A DNA stretch of 64,000 bases from an uncultured Chlamydiae bacterium. GTDB taxonomy: Bacteria > Chlamydiota > Chlamydiia > Chlamydiales > JAJFMA01. Made by a program: the position numbers and the translations under genes. Where the stretch lies: positions 3,584,001-3,648,000 of the forward strand of contig CAVQMM010000001.1 in assembly GCA_963713615.1 (NCBI GenBank), given 5' to 3'. Numbering within the stretch: the first letter of the stretch is position 1; each line of letters begins with the position of its first letter. The notes beneath the pieces are model-generated. The model did no database searches. It was not told where the DNA came from and saw nothing but the letters and a program-made list of their open reading frames with translations. This document shows positions 19,472-28,873 of the stretch, piece after piece.

Positions 19472-20395
19472 TTAAAGTTTCTCGACGGTCCTCAGGCGTG
19501 CACTGCGCGCACGTGGATTACGCTTGATCTCTTCATCCGTGGGGGCAATGGCTTTTCGGGTCAGGAGTTTAACAATTGGCGCCTTATCGATAAACACCCC
19601 AGCGATACCCAGCGTGTTTTCTTTGTCGCTAGCAAGGTAGCGAAAGAACTGTTTCACGATGCGGTCTTCCAGGCTATGAAAGGAGATAACTGCTAGGCGT
19701 CCTCCCGGAGCCAATAGGTCGATGGCCTGCTTTAGAGCGCTCTCGAGGACCCCCAATTCATCGTTAACGGCGATTCGCAGCGCCTGAAAAACGAGCGTCA
19801 AGGGGTGAATGCTCTTATGAGATCGCGGGTCTCTCAACACAGGCATTAGAATGTTGACCAAGTCTTCTGTCGTCGTTAGCAGGTTTTGTTGACGCGCCGC
19901 AACAATCGCACGAGCGGCGGCACGCCAGCGTTTTTCTTCACCGTAGTCGCGGAAGATGCGGCCTAGCTCGTAGTCAGACCATGTATTAACGATTTCTTGC
20001 GCTGTAAGGGTGCTGTTGGGGTTCATACGCATATCCAGAGGTCCTGGACGGTTGATACTGAAACCCCGATCAGCAGTGTCTAGCTGCATCGATGAGACCC
20101 CGATATCCAGCAGAATACCATCGCATACAGCAATATTTAGTTTTGAGAGACTGTCAAAGTTAGCATGAACCAAGCGAAGTTTTGGTTGCCAGGGAGCTAA
20201 GCGCTCTTGTGCCAGAGCCAAGGCAGCGGGATCTTGGTCGATTCCCACAAAGCTCTCTATTTCGGGATGTGCCTCCAATAAGCCACTGGCATGTCCCCCG
20301 GCACCCAGAGTGCCATCGACGAAAACTTTAATAGGCTGGTCTGCAAAGGTGGCCAAAACTTCGTCATAAAGGACGGAAAGATGAGGAGTCGACAT
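19472..20395 (-). CDS. rsmH: 16S rRNA m4C1402 methyltransferase
   Basis: VDGTLGAGGHA, DIGVSSMQLD, FQALRIAVNDEL, ISFHSLEDRIVK, NPRARSARLR. Confidence 0.98.
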   Translation of the reverse strand: MSTPHLSVLYDEVLATFADQPIKVFVDGTLGAGGHASGLLEAHPEIESFVGIDQDPAALALAQERLAPWQPKLRLVHANFDSLSKLNIAVCDGILLDIGVSSMQLDTADRGFSINRPGPLDMRMNPNSTLTAQEIVNTWSDYELGRIFRDYGEEKRWRAAARAIVAARQQNLLTTTEDLVNILMPVLRDPRSHKSIHPLTLVFQALRIAVNDELGVLESALKQAIDLLAPGGRLAVISFHSLEDRIVKQFFRYLASDKENTLGIAGVFIDKAPIVKLLTRKAIAPTDEEIKRNPRARSARLRTVEKL

Positions 20396-20407
20396 ATTTA
20401 TATCACA

Positions 20408-20685
20408 TTGTGAAGAATTGGGGGTGCTTTGGAGTCACAATCGTCACTCGGCGCGAAGCGCTTTGGAGTGCGGTCGCTCGCGACCGCTTTGGATTTGGGT
20501 GAACTAGGTACCGTACGAATCTTTACTTTCCTCTTTAAGGGTGTCTAGAAGGCTTGACGGTATGACGGGAAACTGTGTGACACAGCACATTCGCCCAAAT
20601 CCAAAGCGGTCGCGAGCGACCGCACTCCAAAGCGCTTCGCGCCGAGTGACGATTGTGATTCCAAAGCGCCCCCTATTCTTCACAA
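20408..20685. repeat. REPIN-like family E palindrome (stand-alone)
   Basis: Near-perfect ~90-bp inverted arms containing TTGGAGTGCGGTCGCTCGCGACCGCTTT, around a unique spacer. Confidence 0.92.
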
Positions 20686-20688
20686 GAA

Positions 20689-20720
20689 CCCAAATTCCAA
20701 ATTTATGACCGAGTGTGGTA
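20689..20720. repeat. single arm of family I element
   Basis: CCAAATTCCAAATTTATGACCGAGTGTGGTA is the reverse complement of the left end of 54003-54167. Confidence 0.8.
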
Positions 20721-20840
20721 GCATAATAGACATTTTGTGAGATGTTGTCTAGCAGCTCTAGTTTGTGTAAAAATTAAATCATTGATACAATAATACTGAG
20801 TGGAATGTTTTGTTGAAGAGTTATTTTTGTTAGGTAAGCA

Positions 20841-21290
20841 ATGACTACCATTGATAAATTGGACATAAGTGTATATATTTCGTACGCCATGCGCACTGAG
20901 TATGTCGAGGCGATCAAGAAGGAATTCCGTCTTGATCAAGCTGAGTCCATTCCTACTCAGACGACTCTTGTTGACTTTCAGGTTAAGCCATCAGAGATAG
21001 ATCTTCTTCTTGGGGTAGCAGCAGTCACTACACCGTGGGCTATTTTCTTGCCGCCCAAACGTTTCATGGGACGTCGGCGCTCACCGTTTACGGTGGCACG
21101 TGTCACACCCTCTTTGGGTAGTCAGCATGATCAGGATGAGAAGGAGCAGGAGATTGAGGATATGGAGTGTGAAACGGCGGAAGAAGAGCGTGAAAAAAGC
21201 GTCTTGCTGTCCTGTTTTCAACAAATTACGAAGATAAATGATTGGTTGAGTCACATTATTAGTCGTATTGGTCAGTTCTTGCAGGCTTAG
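20841..21290 (+). CDS. conserved chlamydial protein (CT273/DUF5399-like)
   Basis: Divergent from rsmH and upstream of a TPR gene, as in Chlamydia; PWAIFLPP and C-terminal ISRIGQFLQ. Confidence 0.7.
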   Translation: MTTIDKLDISVYISYAMRTEYVEAIKKEFRLDQAESIPTQTTLVDFQVKPSEIDLLLGVAAVTTPWAIFLPPKRFMGRRRSPFTVARVTPSLGSQHDQDEKEQEIEDMECETAEEEREKSVLLSCFQQITKINDWLSHIISRIGQFLQA

Positions 21291-21306
21291 GAGAATTTCG
21301 AGGCAT

Positions 21307-21750
21307 ATGGAAAAGATTGTTCCCACTGAGGCTCCCGCCGAGGCAAAGAAGCGTATGGGCAAAATCAATTGGCTGGAGAAGCTAGGCTGGTCCGAAGAGC
21401 AATTAGAGGATTTACGCATCACGGGCTATTCGTATATCCGGCAGGGAAAGTATCACATTGCCGTGCCCTTCTTCGAAGCTTTGGTTGTATTGGTGCCTTC
21501 GAGTGCTTATGATGCTCAGACACTTGGCGCACTATATGTACAGGTTGGCAACCCGGCAAAGGCCTTGCGCTACCTGGATCGCGCCTTAAAACTGGAACCC
21601 GACCATGGCCCTACACTGTTGAATCTTGCCAAAGCCTTCCTGATGCTTGGCAACAAAAGGGAAGGTCTCAAAATCGCTGGTATTCTCAAGAAAAACCGCG
21701 ATCCCCGCCTACGCAGCATGTCTGAAGCACTGCTTCTTGCGTTCGGTTAA
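21307..21750 (+). CDS. TPR protein, putative type III secretion chaperone (CT274-like)
   Basis: LGWSEEQLEDLRITGYSYIRQGKY, YDAQTLGALY and TPR repeats; ATG at 21307. Confidence 0.85.
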   Translation: MEKIVPTEAPAEAKKRMGKINWLEKLGWSEEQLEDLRITGYSYIRQGKYHIAVPFFEALVVLVPSSAYDAQTLGALYVQVGNPAKALRYLDRALKLEPDHGPTLLNLAKAFLMLGNKREGLKIAGILKKNRDPRLRSMSEALLLAFG

Positions 21751-21796
21751 TGGATACAATGGGCTTATTGGACGAACTGGACTGACTGGACGTATT

Positions 21797-22547
21797 GAGG
21801 TAATTGCAAAATTATTTGAGCTCTCATGGATCGATTCTTTGGAAAAAAAATCACTTTTTTTTGTGAGAAGGCGATTCTAGAGAGCTTAAGTGGTATGGCA
21901 CTATCCAGTCTGGAAAGACAGGCTTTTCTCCCTTCCCAGGCCCGAAGGGTCGATATTGCAACAGGCCATGGCATCGCCATGGTATATGCCAGGAAGGGAT
22001 TTCGCAGTCTGAAGGACTGCTACAAGACGCCAGTTTACAAACACCATTTATGCATGCGCTTTATGGCAGCCCTACAGGCTGCTAAAACCGTTTTGGCATA
22101 TACCATGGCGATGCCACATAGGCCTCAACCTAACAGGTCTTTTGAGCTTATATCTCAATGACTTAGGACTTCACAATCGTATCTCGGCGCGCAGCGCTTT
22201 GGAGTGCGGTCGCTTGCGACCGCTTTTCGTTCCTTGGGACGGCAATGCTAAAGGCATTGTATGGATTCGTCGAAGGCTGCATGTACTAACTATTTTACCC
22301 TTAGGGAATTATAGTGATGCCGTTGCACACGACCGTCGCAAGGAACCCAAAGCGGTCGCAAGCGACCGCACTCCAAAGCGCTGCGCGCCGAGATACGATT
22401 GTTAGGCTTAGGTTGAGGCCTATGTGGCGATGCCATGGCCTGTTGCAATATCGACCCTTCGGGCCTGGGAAGGGAATGACTCTCTCTTCACCGGCATCCG
22501 ATTTTCAGGAAATTGACTTCGGAGAATCGGACTTCTGCAATTACCTC
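21797..22547. mobile_element. nested composite element copy 1: G > F > H > E
   Basis: Outer TIR GAGGTAATTGCA / TGCAATTACCTC; F palindrome ~21929-22475; H 22117-22424; E 22173-22402. Confidence 0.92.
22117..22424. mobile_element. MITE family H, 308 bp, with 11-bp TSD
   Basis: TIR CATAGGCCTCAACCTAA / TTAGGTTGAGGCCTATG; TGGCGATGCCA duplicated at 22106-22116 and 22425-22435. Confidence 0.95.
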
Positions 22548-22660
22548 ATAAAACATAAAGACCTCAAGCGAAAATAGCCTTGCATTAAAATAAACAGTTG
22601 GCCTATCGAGGGAGCTTACGTCCTAAATGTGCTCTAAACCCTATTTTGTTGGAGAATATC

Positions 22661-22813
22661 ATGAGATTTACGAGCAATATTGGCATGCTCCTACTCTGTA
22701 TTTTTCTTATTTTATATGGCCTAAGCATCCTCATCGCCGGGTTGGCTATTCCCCCAATTGTGATGGGTATTTTGGCAATCGTAGCAGGTATCTTCTTACT
22801 GATTGGGCGTTAG
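22661..22813 (+). CDS. small two-TM membrane protein (50 aa)
   Basis: GGAG RBS plus ATG at 22661; MRFTSNIGMLLLCIFLILYGLSILIAGLAIPPIVMGILAIVAGIFLLIGR. Confidence 0.7.
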   Translation: MRFTSNIGMLLLCIFLILYGLSILIAGLAIPPIVMGILAIVAGIFLLIGR

Positions 22814-22814
22814 A

Positions 22815-23837
22815 CTATCGGGTGGATTGCAGCTCTCCAAGAGCCTCTAAGATTTTGCCATAGCCAGCGCACGCCTGTTCATAGATATAATCGCGTCGAA
22901 GGCGGCGTTGAGCTTTTTTATCGAGGTCTGGATGATCGGAACCGAAGGTCATATCCAGCTCCTCACCAAAGGCAAGGCCAATAGGGGTGTAATGGAAATT
23001 GCGATCTTCCCCGAGTTCTTTCTCCACAACGGGAGGAGGGGGCAATAAGTCGTGGGTGACTAGGCTGAGAGGGTAGAAGTGCGTGGTGGTCTTGGCCTCG
23101 CGAGCCATGAGCACAAAGAGGTCGATGGAATCGTTATCAAAAGGCGCTACATTCACGGTGTGATTAGCATCAGCTCGATCACGCCCCCCGCTAGGCGCTA
23201 TATAGACGCATTGGCCTCCTGCTGCCAGCAAGCGAACCAATTCGTGCATGGCTCGACGGTTGTGTAGCTGCTTAGCGGCTTTGGTGCTGGGATCGTGGTC
23301 CATATGCTTGCGAGAATAGATGCAAAGCATGTTCCTCCCCTTGCTAAAAGGCACCGCTATAGGATCGCTAATCACGCGATGACCAGCCACAAAGACCATC
23401 TCTCGCCCGATAGCTGGATATTCATTTTCCAACATCAGGTTGATGGCTTGTGGATCCGGCTCTGTCTGATGATTGGCGAATAGAATGCAGTTGTGACCCT
23501 GGCGTAACTGCTGATCGATGTTTGCTAGATTGTCCTTGCCTAAGAGTGCAGACTTATCAAAGTCAATCAGAGGACGAATGAGGTCCATTCCAAAGGTGTA
23601 ATAATCGTCTGGACCAGTGACCCTCTCATGGTAAACTTGAAAGGGATAGGGATTGCGAATCTGCTTGATGATGAGTTCTAGAAACTGAAGGGTGATGGCA
23701 GGGGACTGTGTTTGTGGGCTGCCTTTGACGCGCAGGGCCTCAGTGTAACTGTCGTAAAACTGTCGCAGGATCTGTCCCTGGCGCGGAGTGAGGGCTTTCT
23801 CCTGCTCGTAACGTGTGAGTTTGGTGTAAAACTCCAT
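22815..23837 (-). CDS. plsB: glycerol-3-phosphate acyltransferase, plastid/chlamydial type
   Basis: ANHQTEPDP (HX4D), PFSKGRNMLCIYSRKH, APSGGRDR, LLPPP. Confidence 0.93.
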   Translation of the reverse strand: MEFYTKLTRYEQEKALTPRQGQILRQFYDSYTEALRVKGSPQTQSPAITLQFLELIIKQIRNPYPFQVYHERVTGPDDYYTFGMDLIRPLIDFDKSALLGKDNLANIDQQLRQGHNCILFANHQTEPDPQAINLMLENEYPAIGREMVFVAGHRVISDPIAVPFSKGRNMLCIYSRKHMDHDPSTKAAKQLHNRRAMHELVRLLAAGGQCVYIAPSGGRDRADANHTVNVAPFDNDSIDLFVLMAREAKTTTHFYPLSLVTHDLLPPPPVVEKELGEDRNFHYTPIGLAFGEELDMTFGSDHPDLDKKAQRRLRRDYIYEQACAGYGKILEALGELQSTR

Positions 23838-23856
23838 GGCGTCATGCTCTATTGTC

Positions 23857-25395
23857 TTAGGTTTCGATCAGCTTGTGGCTGGTCGTCGAGTAAAAATGAA
23901 ATTCATTGAGATGCAAACGGTCATCTGAACCGAACTCCAGGTGGGCATTCATCCCCTCCGCTAGCTTTCTCAGGAAGGGTTTGTCGATGACGTCTAAATA
24001 TTGGTCAACTTCGGGATGTGTCATGAGCTTGACGGCAAATTGCTGCTGGCAGCGTATGAGTTTGCGCAGGGCGCGTTCGATTTCGATGGAGACGGTTTCG
24101 TGATTTTTGATCAAACCGCTACCTGCACAGTAGGGGCAAGCGGTGAAGACCGTCTGCATCAGGGATCCACGATGGCGCTGACGTGTCATTTCCACTAGGC
24201 CAAACTCGCTCATCCCGAGGATCGTACATTTAGCGCTGTCGTCGCGCATACAATCTTTGATTCGCTCCAGAACGCGGCGTTGGTTACGTCGTAGGCGCAT
24301 GTCGATGAAGTCGCAGATAACCAGGCCGCCAATATTACGCAGACGTAGTTGTCGAGCAATCTCTTCGGCGGCTTCGAGGTTAATATGGACGAGGGACTCC
24401 TCGACGTTGGAATCGCTATTGGAGCTACGGCCAGAGTTAACATCGACGGTGTGCATGGCTTCGGTGCGGTCGAAAAAGAGATATCCTCCGGAGGGCAGCC
24501 AAACTTTACGTTTAAGAGCCTTTTCGATTTCGCGTTCGACATTAAAACGCTCGAACATCGGGGTTTTGTCGCGGTAGAACTCGATGCGCAGAGGGTGCTC
24601 GCTGGCGTATTTGCTATAAAGGTTTTTGACGGTTTGGTAGGTGGGATAGTCGTCAATCAGCAAGCGTTCAAAGCGGCGATCGATAGCCGTCACCACTGCG
24701 CGTTTGATTAGGTCAGACTCTGCATACAGAAGGCCAGAATCGGTCGTTTTGTGGAAGCTATCCATGGTAGACTGCCAGTTTTCCAGCAATTCATGCGCTT
24801 CACTGATGAGCATTTGTGGCGTGGCCAAACGGCTGGCCGTTCGGCAGATCAGGCCCATATCTCGCGGCATTTCGAAGGAGCGAATGAGTTTTTTCAGACG
24901 GTCACGGACAGAGCGATCCTCGATTTTGCGGGAAACACCTCGATGAGGAGAGTTAGGGAGTAGCACGAGGTAACGACCGGCAATGGACACGTTAGAAGTG
25001 AGGCGTGCCCCTTTGGTGCCGATGGGCTCTTTGACAACTTGCACTAATACCGGCTGGTCAATTTTTAAGACTTCGTCAATTTTGAGGTTTTTTTGGTGGC
25101 GCATATCCACTTCGCCGATGTCGTAGTCGAGATCGAAGTCCATATCGAAGATTTGTTCGAACTTACGCGTATTTTCAATGATGTCGGAGATGTGGATAAA
25201 CCCATTCTCGCCCTCATTGATGTCGATGAACGCTGATTGAATATTGTGGAGAATATTGGTGACCCTTCCACGATAGATATTGCCAGCGAGTTGGCGTTCT
25301 TTCTTGCGTTCGATGATCAGGTCATATAGGAGGCCATTGCGTAGGTGCGCGTAGCGGCGTTCCTTAGACTCAATATTGAGTAGAATTTCATCCAT
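23857..25395 (-). CDS. rng: ribonuclease G/E (CafA/CafE)
   Basis: GNIYRGRV, QVVKEPIGTKGARLT, DVNSG, EIARQLRLRNIGGLVICDFIDM, CPYCAG. Confidence 0.96.
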   Translation of the reverse strand: MDEILLNIESKERRYAHLRNGLLYDLIIERKKERQLAGNIYRGRVTNILHNIQSAFIDINEGENGFIHISDIIENTRKFEQIFDMDFDLDYDIGEVDMRHQKNLKIDEVLKIDQPVLVQVVKEPIGTKGARLTSNVSIAGRYLVLLPNSPHRGVSRKIEDRSVRDRLKKLIRSFEMPRDMGLICRTASRLATPQMLISEAHELLENWQSTMDSFHKTTDSGLLYAESDLIKRAVVTAIDRRFERLLIDDYPTYQTVKNLYSKYASEHPLRIEFYRDKTPMFERFNVEREIEKALKRKVWLPSGGYLFFDRTEAMHTVDVNSGRSSNSDSNVEESLVHINLEAAEEIARQLRLRNIGGLVICDFIDMRLRRNQRRVLERIKDCMRDDSAKCTILGMSEFGLVEMTRQRHRGSLMQTVFTACPYCAGSGLIKNHETVSIEIERALRKLIRCQQQFAVKLMTHPEVDQYLDVIDKPFLRKLAEGMNAHLEFGSDDRLHLNEFHFYSTTSHKLIET

Positions 25396-26002
25396 GGCGC
25401 TATCTCGTCGTCGCGACGAAAGGCGGCGCTCACATTGCGGCTGTAGGAGGTATGGGAATGGCTAGGATACTCGCTATGTTGTTTCGTGTCCGGGACGTAC
25501 TGAAAGCCAAATCAGTAAATCGGACACACCTCGCAACCCTATGAGGGAGCTGATGCCGCGATTACCTTTGATCCTTGCTTTCATCAATAAGTCCTGTTGA
25601 TGGCCTAAAAAGAAACCTATCGTCGCCCTGATCTGTGGGCGGAAACACTATAGCTAATTCCTGGTCTCCCAGCAGCAACCCCTCGCCAAGCGAGCCTATT
25701 GCCTTTCTCATTTCTGTTTGTGATGAGAAGTCACCGCGGAGAGTACGTTAATGCGGGCTAGTCAGCCCCTAAACCGTTAGTACTCTGAAAAGGTGCTCCC
25801 CATTCTATCATTATACGTTGGTTGTCATGGTACGCGATCCTATCAATCTTTTCCACTAAAAAAAAATGAAGTAGGCTCACAAGTGAGGAGGAAGAGGAGT
25901 TTTACTTTTCGATGGTGCGTAAAGATCTCGACAAATATGATGAAAGTGTCCTATACTCAAATCTTTGAATTCAAAGTACCATCCGAATCCTAAGGTTTCT
26001 TC

Positions 26003-26512
26003 ATGACTACTGTCGATCCTTCCCTAAAGATTTACGTCGAGCAGCTGCGCGGAGGCAAAACGCAGAGCTTACAAGAGAGCATTGCTCCTAGTTTCCTAGC
26101 CATCGATGAGCCTGAGCTCTCTTTTGTCGATCCGGTCGTTATTGAAGGGGAAGCCTATCTTGCCCACGAGGAACTGGTTGTGCAGGTGAAGGTCTCTACC
26201 AAGGCGCGCATCCCATGTCGTGTGTGCAATGAGTTATTTAAGTACGATATCGTTGTCCCCAAGTTAGTCCATGTGCAGCCGATAGAAGGATTTAAGCGAG
26301 GCTATTTTGACATTAGCGAGATGCTTCGCGAGGCAATTCTTTTGGAAGTTCCGCCAATAGCAGAGTGTCATGGGGGGCATTGTCCATCCCGCGGGGAGTT
26401 GGAAGGTTATTTGCGCCAAACAGTGGCAGAAGACAGTGTGGAAGAAGAAGGCTACCACCCGTTCAAAGACCTAGACTTAGGCGATGTGACGGAAGATTCT
26501 GAGGAAAAGTAA
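26003..26512 (+). CDS. yceD: YceD/DUF177 family protein
   Basis: CRVC and REAILLEVP motifs; directly upstream of rpmF. Confidence 0.85.
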   Translation: MTTVDPSLKIYVEQLRGGKTQSLQESIAPSFLAIDEPELSFVDPVVIEGEAYLAHEELVVQVKVSTKARIPCRVCNELFKYDIVVPKLVHVQPIEGFKRGYFDISEMLREAILLEVPPIAECHGGHCPSRGELEGYLRQTVAEDSVEEEGYHPFKDLDLGDVTEDSEEK

Positions 26513-26581
26513 TGAGTTGCTTTTCTGAAATGCCTTAATAAGCTATTATGTTAATTCAACCTTTTTGGAGATCCATAGAAA

Positions 26582-26764
26582 ATGGCAGTACCACGTAACA
26601 GAATGTCCAACGCTAGAAAGAATTCGCGCCGTTCGCACCATGCAAAGCAGCCGAAGACGATCGTAAAATGTGCGAATTGCGACAGCCCAAAACTCCCCCA
26701 TGTGATGTGCCGCGCTTGTGGACATCATGCAGGCCGTAACATGATGGCTGGACGTGAGGCCTAA
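26582..26764 (+). CDS. rpmF: 50S ribosomal protein L32
   Basis: MAVPRNRMSNARKNSRRSH; CxxC...CxxC. Confidence 0.97.
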   Translation: MAVPRNRMSNARKNSRRSHHAKQPKTIVKCANCDSPKLPHVMCRACGHHAGRNMMAGREA

Positions 26765-27793
26765 TTGAGCGATAAAGGTTTTCGCGTAGGCGTTGATCTA
26801 ATGGGGAGTGAGAAGACTCCCGAACATTATTTTGATGCTGTAGCAGAAACAACTCGCGAATTTAGTGAACAAGATCGCTTGGTGGCCTTTGGCACACCTG
26901 AGGTGATCGCACGTCTTCAAGATAGTTCAGTTGCTAAAGCCATATGTCTAGATCGATTACACTTTGAAGTTTGTTCAGAAGTCATCGAGATGGACGATGC
27001 GCCTTTAACAGCGATTCGACATAAGAAAAATTCCTCAATGGTTACAGGCATGCGTCAGCTTCGCGATGGCGGATTGGATGCATTTGTCTCCGCCGGGAAT
27101 ACCGGCGCATTAATTGCTAGTGGAGCGATCCTTTTGCCCATGTTGCCCGGTGTAGAGCGTCCTGCGTTGTTGGCGATGCTGCCTACACGTAAAGGCTTTG
27201 TCGCCGTCGTTGATGTCGGTGGTAATGTTTCCTGCAAGCCTGCGCATTTAGTGCAGTTTGCACGCATGGGCGCTGCCTATCTGCGCAGCTATGGCGTCAC
27301 GCGTACTCCCACCGTCGGTTTGTTGAATATTGGTGAGGAGTCGCAAAAAGGGACTCCTGAGGCACGCCAGGCTTATGAGATGCTGCAGGAGGCTTGCTCT
27401 GGTAATGATCTGGAGCAGGCCGGCATGACCTTTTTGGGAAATATCGAAGGCCGAGAAGTCTTTCAGGGAAAGGTGGATGTTTTAGTGACCGATGGGTTTA
27501 CGGGCAATATCTTTCTAAAGGCTTCTGAGGGGGTATCATTTTTTATCTTAGACTATCTTCAGGATGCTTTTGCAGAGGATCCTGATCCCCGCTTGGATAA
27601 TGTCATAAAGACCTTGCAGAGTATTGTCGACTACGATGAGTATCCAGGGGCTATCGTTAGCGGTGTCGACCGCATTCTTATCAAATGTCATGGAAGCTCT
27701 TCTTCGCGCGCGATGCGTAAAGGGTTAATGGGTGCTCGGCAGTTGCTGCAGGGTGGGTGGTTGTCGTCTATGCGGCAGCTATTAGGAGGATAG
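26765..27793 (+). CDS. plsX: phosphate acyltransferase PlsX
   Basis: VDLMGSE, VSAGNTGAL, LLNIGEESQKG, VTDGFTGNIFLK, KCHG. Confidence 0.96.
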   Translation: MSDKGFRVGVDLMGSEKTPEHYFDAVAETTREFSEQDRLVAFGTPEVIARLQDSSVAKAICLDRLHFEVCSEVIEMDDAPLTAIRHKKNSSMVTGMRQLRDGGLDAFVSAGNTGALIASGAILLPMLPGVERPALLAMLPTRKGFVAVVDVGGNVSCKPAHLVQFARMGAAYLRSYGVTRTPTVGLLNIGEESQKGTPEARQAYEMLQEACSGNDLEQAGMTFLGNIEGREVFQGKVDVLVTDGFTGNIFLKASEGVSFFILDYLQDAFAEDPDPRLDNVIKTLQSIVDYDEYPGAIVSGVDRILIKCHGSSSSRAMRKGLMGARQLLQGGWLSSMRQLLGG

Positions 27794-28147
27794 GATGGCA
27801 AATGTGACGGTTTGTTTGGCTTTTAGGAGTAACACGGATGCACACGAATCTAGGAGGACTAGGAAAGGAAATACCGTTCCTCAATCTGAAACAATAAAAT
27901 TGGTTTTTAAGATAGCATGAACACAATCTATGTTGCTTCTAAAAGGCTGAACGAACCGTGTTTGCCATCCGATCCTCCTAAATCCTCCTAGATCCGTGTG
28001 CATCCGTGTTACTCCTAAAAAGCTGAACGAACCGTCACATTTGCCATCCGATCCTCCTAAATCCTCCTAGATCCGTGTGCATCCGTGTTACTCCTAAAAA
28101 GCTGAACGAACCGTCACATTTGCCATCCTACTCCTTCTAAATTCTCA
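27791..28147. repeat. family D copy 2 (right arm tandemly duplicated, 79-bp unit)
   Basis: TTGCCATCC recurs at 27962, 28041 and 28120; lies between convergent genes. Confidence 0.95.
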
Positions 28148-28159
28148 CGAACCTCAAGG

Positions 28160-28873
28160 TTACACAGGCCACTTGGATTGGTCGGGGGTTATTTCGGCGC
28201 ATATTTCGTCATCGAATTGCCTGATGGCTTTCTGAAGGTGTAGCCGCCTATTTTCCAGACCATCGATTTGGGATAGGTCGATAGGATCGCTAAAGGCTAA
28301 GATAATACGTGCGAAAGGCTTTGGGATCACCATTTTGTCCCATGATTTAAGCTGCCAAAAGCGGTTTGAGGACCAGCTTACAGCCATAATGGGTGCACCG
28401 GTCACATCGGCAGCCATGACGGCTCCTGGCTTACATTCGTAGCGTGGGCCTCTAGGACCATCTGGAGTGAGCAGTAATACGCGTTTTTCCTGTCGGACAG
28501 CTTGAATAATCTGCTTTAGGGCCTTGTGTCGGGCATCATGAGCGACGCGGATGATCTGTACATTCTTTTTACGTTTTATGATGGAGGCGAGGAGTTCACC
28601 ATCGCCGCTTTTGCTGATGACTGCGCTGATGGGAAGTTCTCCAAGCCTGGTTCTAAGGGCCAAGGAGAAGAGGGGGATGCGGTTATGCCAGACGACAATA
28701 ACGCAAGGACCTTCGGCGGCGAGTTTCATGAGGGCTTCCATGCCGCGAATTTCCAGGCGGGAGCTAACGGTGATGAGGCGCAAGAGAAAGGCTTCTACGA
28801 AGTACGAGACGAAGCGAGGCATAAACCAGCGGCGAAAGTTATTAAAGCGATCGGACCAACTCATAGCAGGCAC
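28160..28873 (-). CDS. DUF374 lysophospholipid acyltransferase family (LpxJ-like lipid A acyltransferase)
   Basis: VWHNR, ISKSGDGEL, TPDGPRGPRY, KSWDKMVIPKPF; overlaps the 3' end of lpxB. Confidence 0.85.
   Translation of the reverse strand: MPAMSWSDRFNNFRRWFMPRFVSYFVEAFLLRLITVSSRLEIRGMEALMKLAAEGPCVIVVWHNRIPLFSLALRTRLGELPISAVISKSGDGELLASIIKRKKNVQIIRVAHDARHKALKQIIQAVRQEKRVLLLTPDGPRGPRYECKPGAVMAADVTGAPIMAVSWSSNRFWQLKSWDKMVIPKPFARIILAFSDPIDLSQIDGLENRRLHLQKAIRQFDDEICAEITPDQSKWPV

Noticed and set aside
20396..20840. Absence of mraZ upstream of rsmH
   Set aside because: Normal for chlamydial gene order as I recall it; no remnant visible
21790..22555. Target-site duplication for element G
   Set aside because: Flanks of the two complete copies show no matching direct repeat, so no IS family was assigned
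22314..22577. Recurrent ORFs such as MPLHTTVARNPKRSQ... and MAMPWPVAISTLRAW (also at ~51.5-52.4 kb and ~61.6-62.5 kb)
   Set aside because: They are read-throughs of the nested repeats crossing module junctions, with no RBS and no transposase motifs
22815..23837. Plant-plastid-like PlsB as a novel horizontal transfer
   Set aside because: A well-known chlamydial feature
27960..28130. Regularly spaced direct repeats in family D suggesting a CRISPR array
   Set aside because: The units are contiguous tandem duplicates without unique spacers, occur as inverted arms, and no cas genes are present
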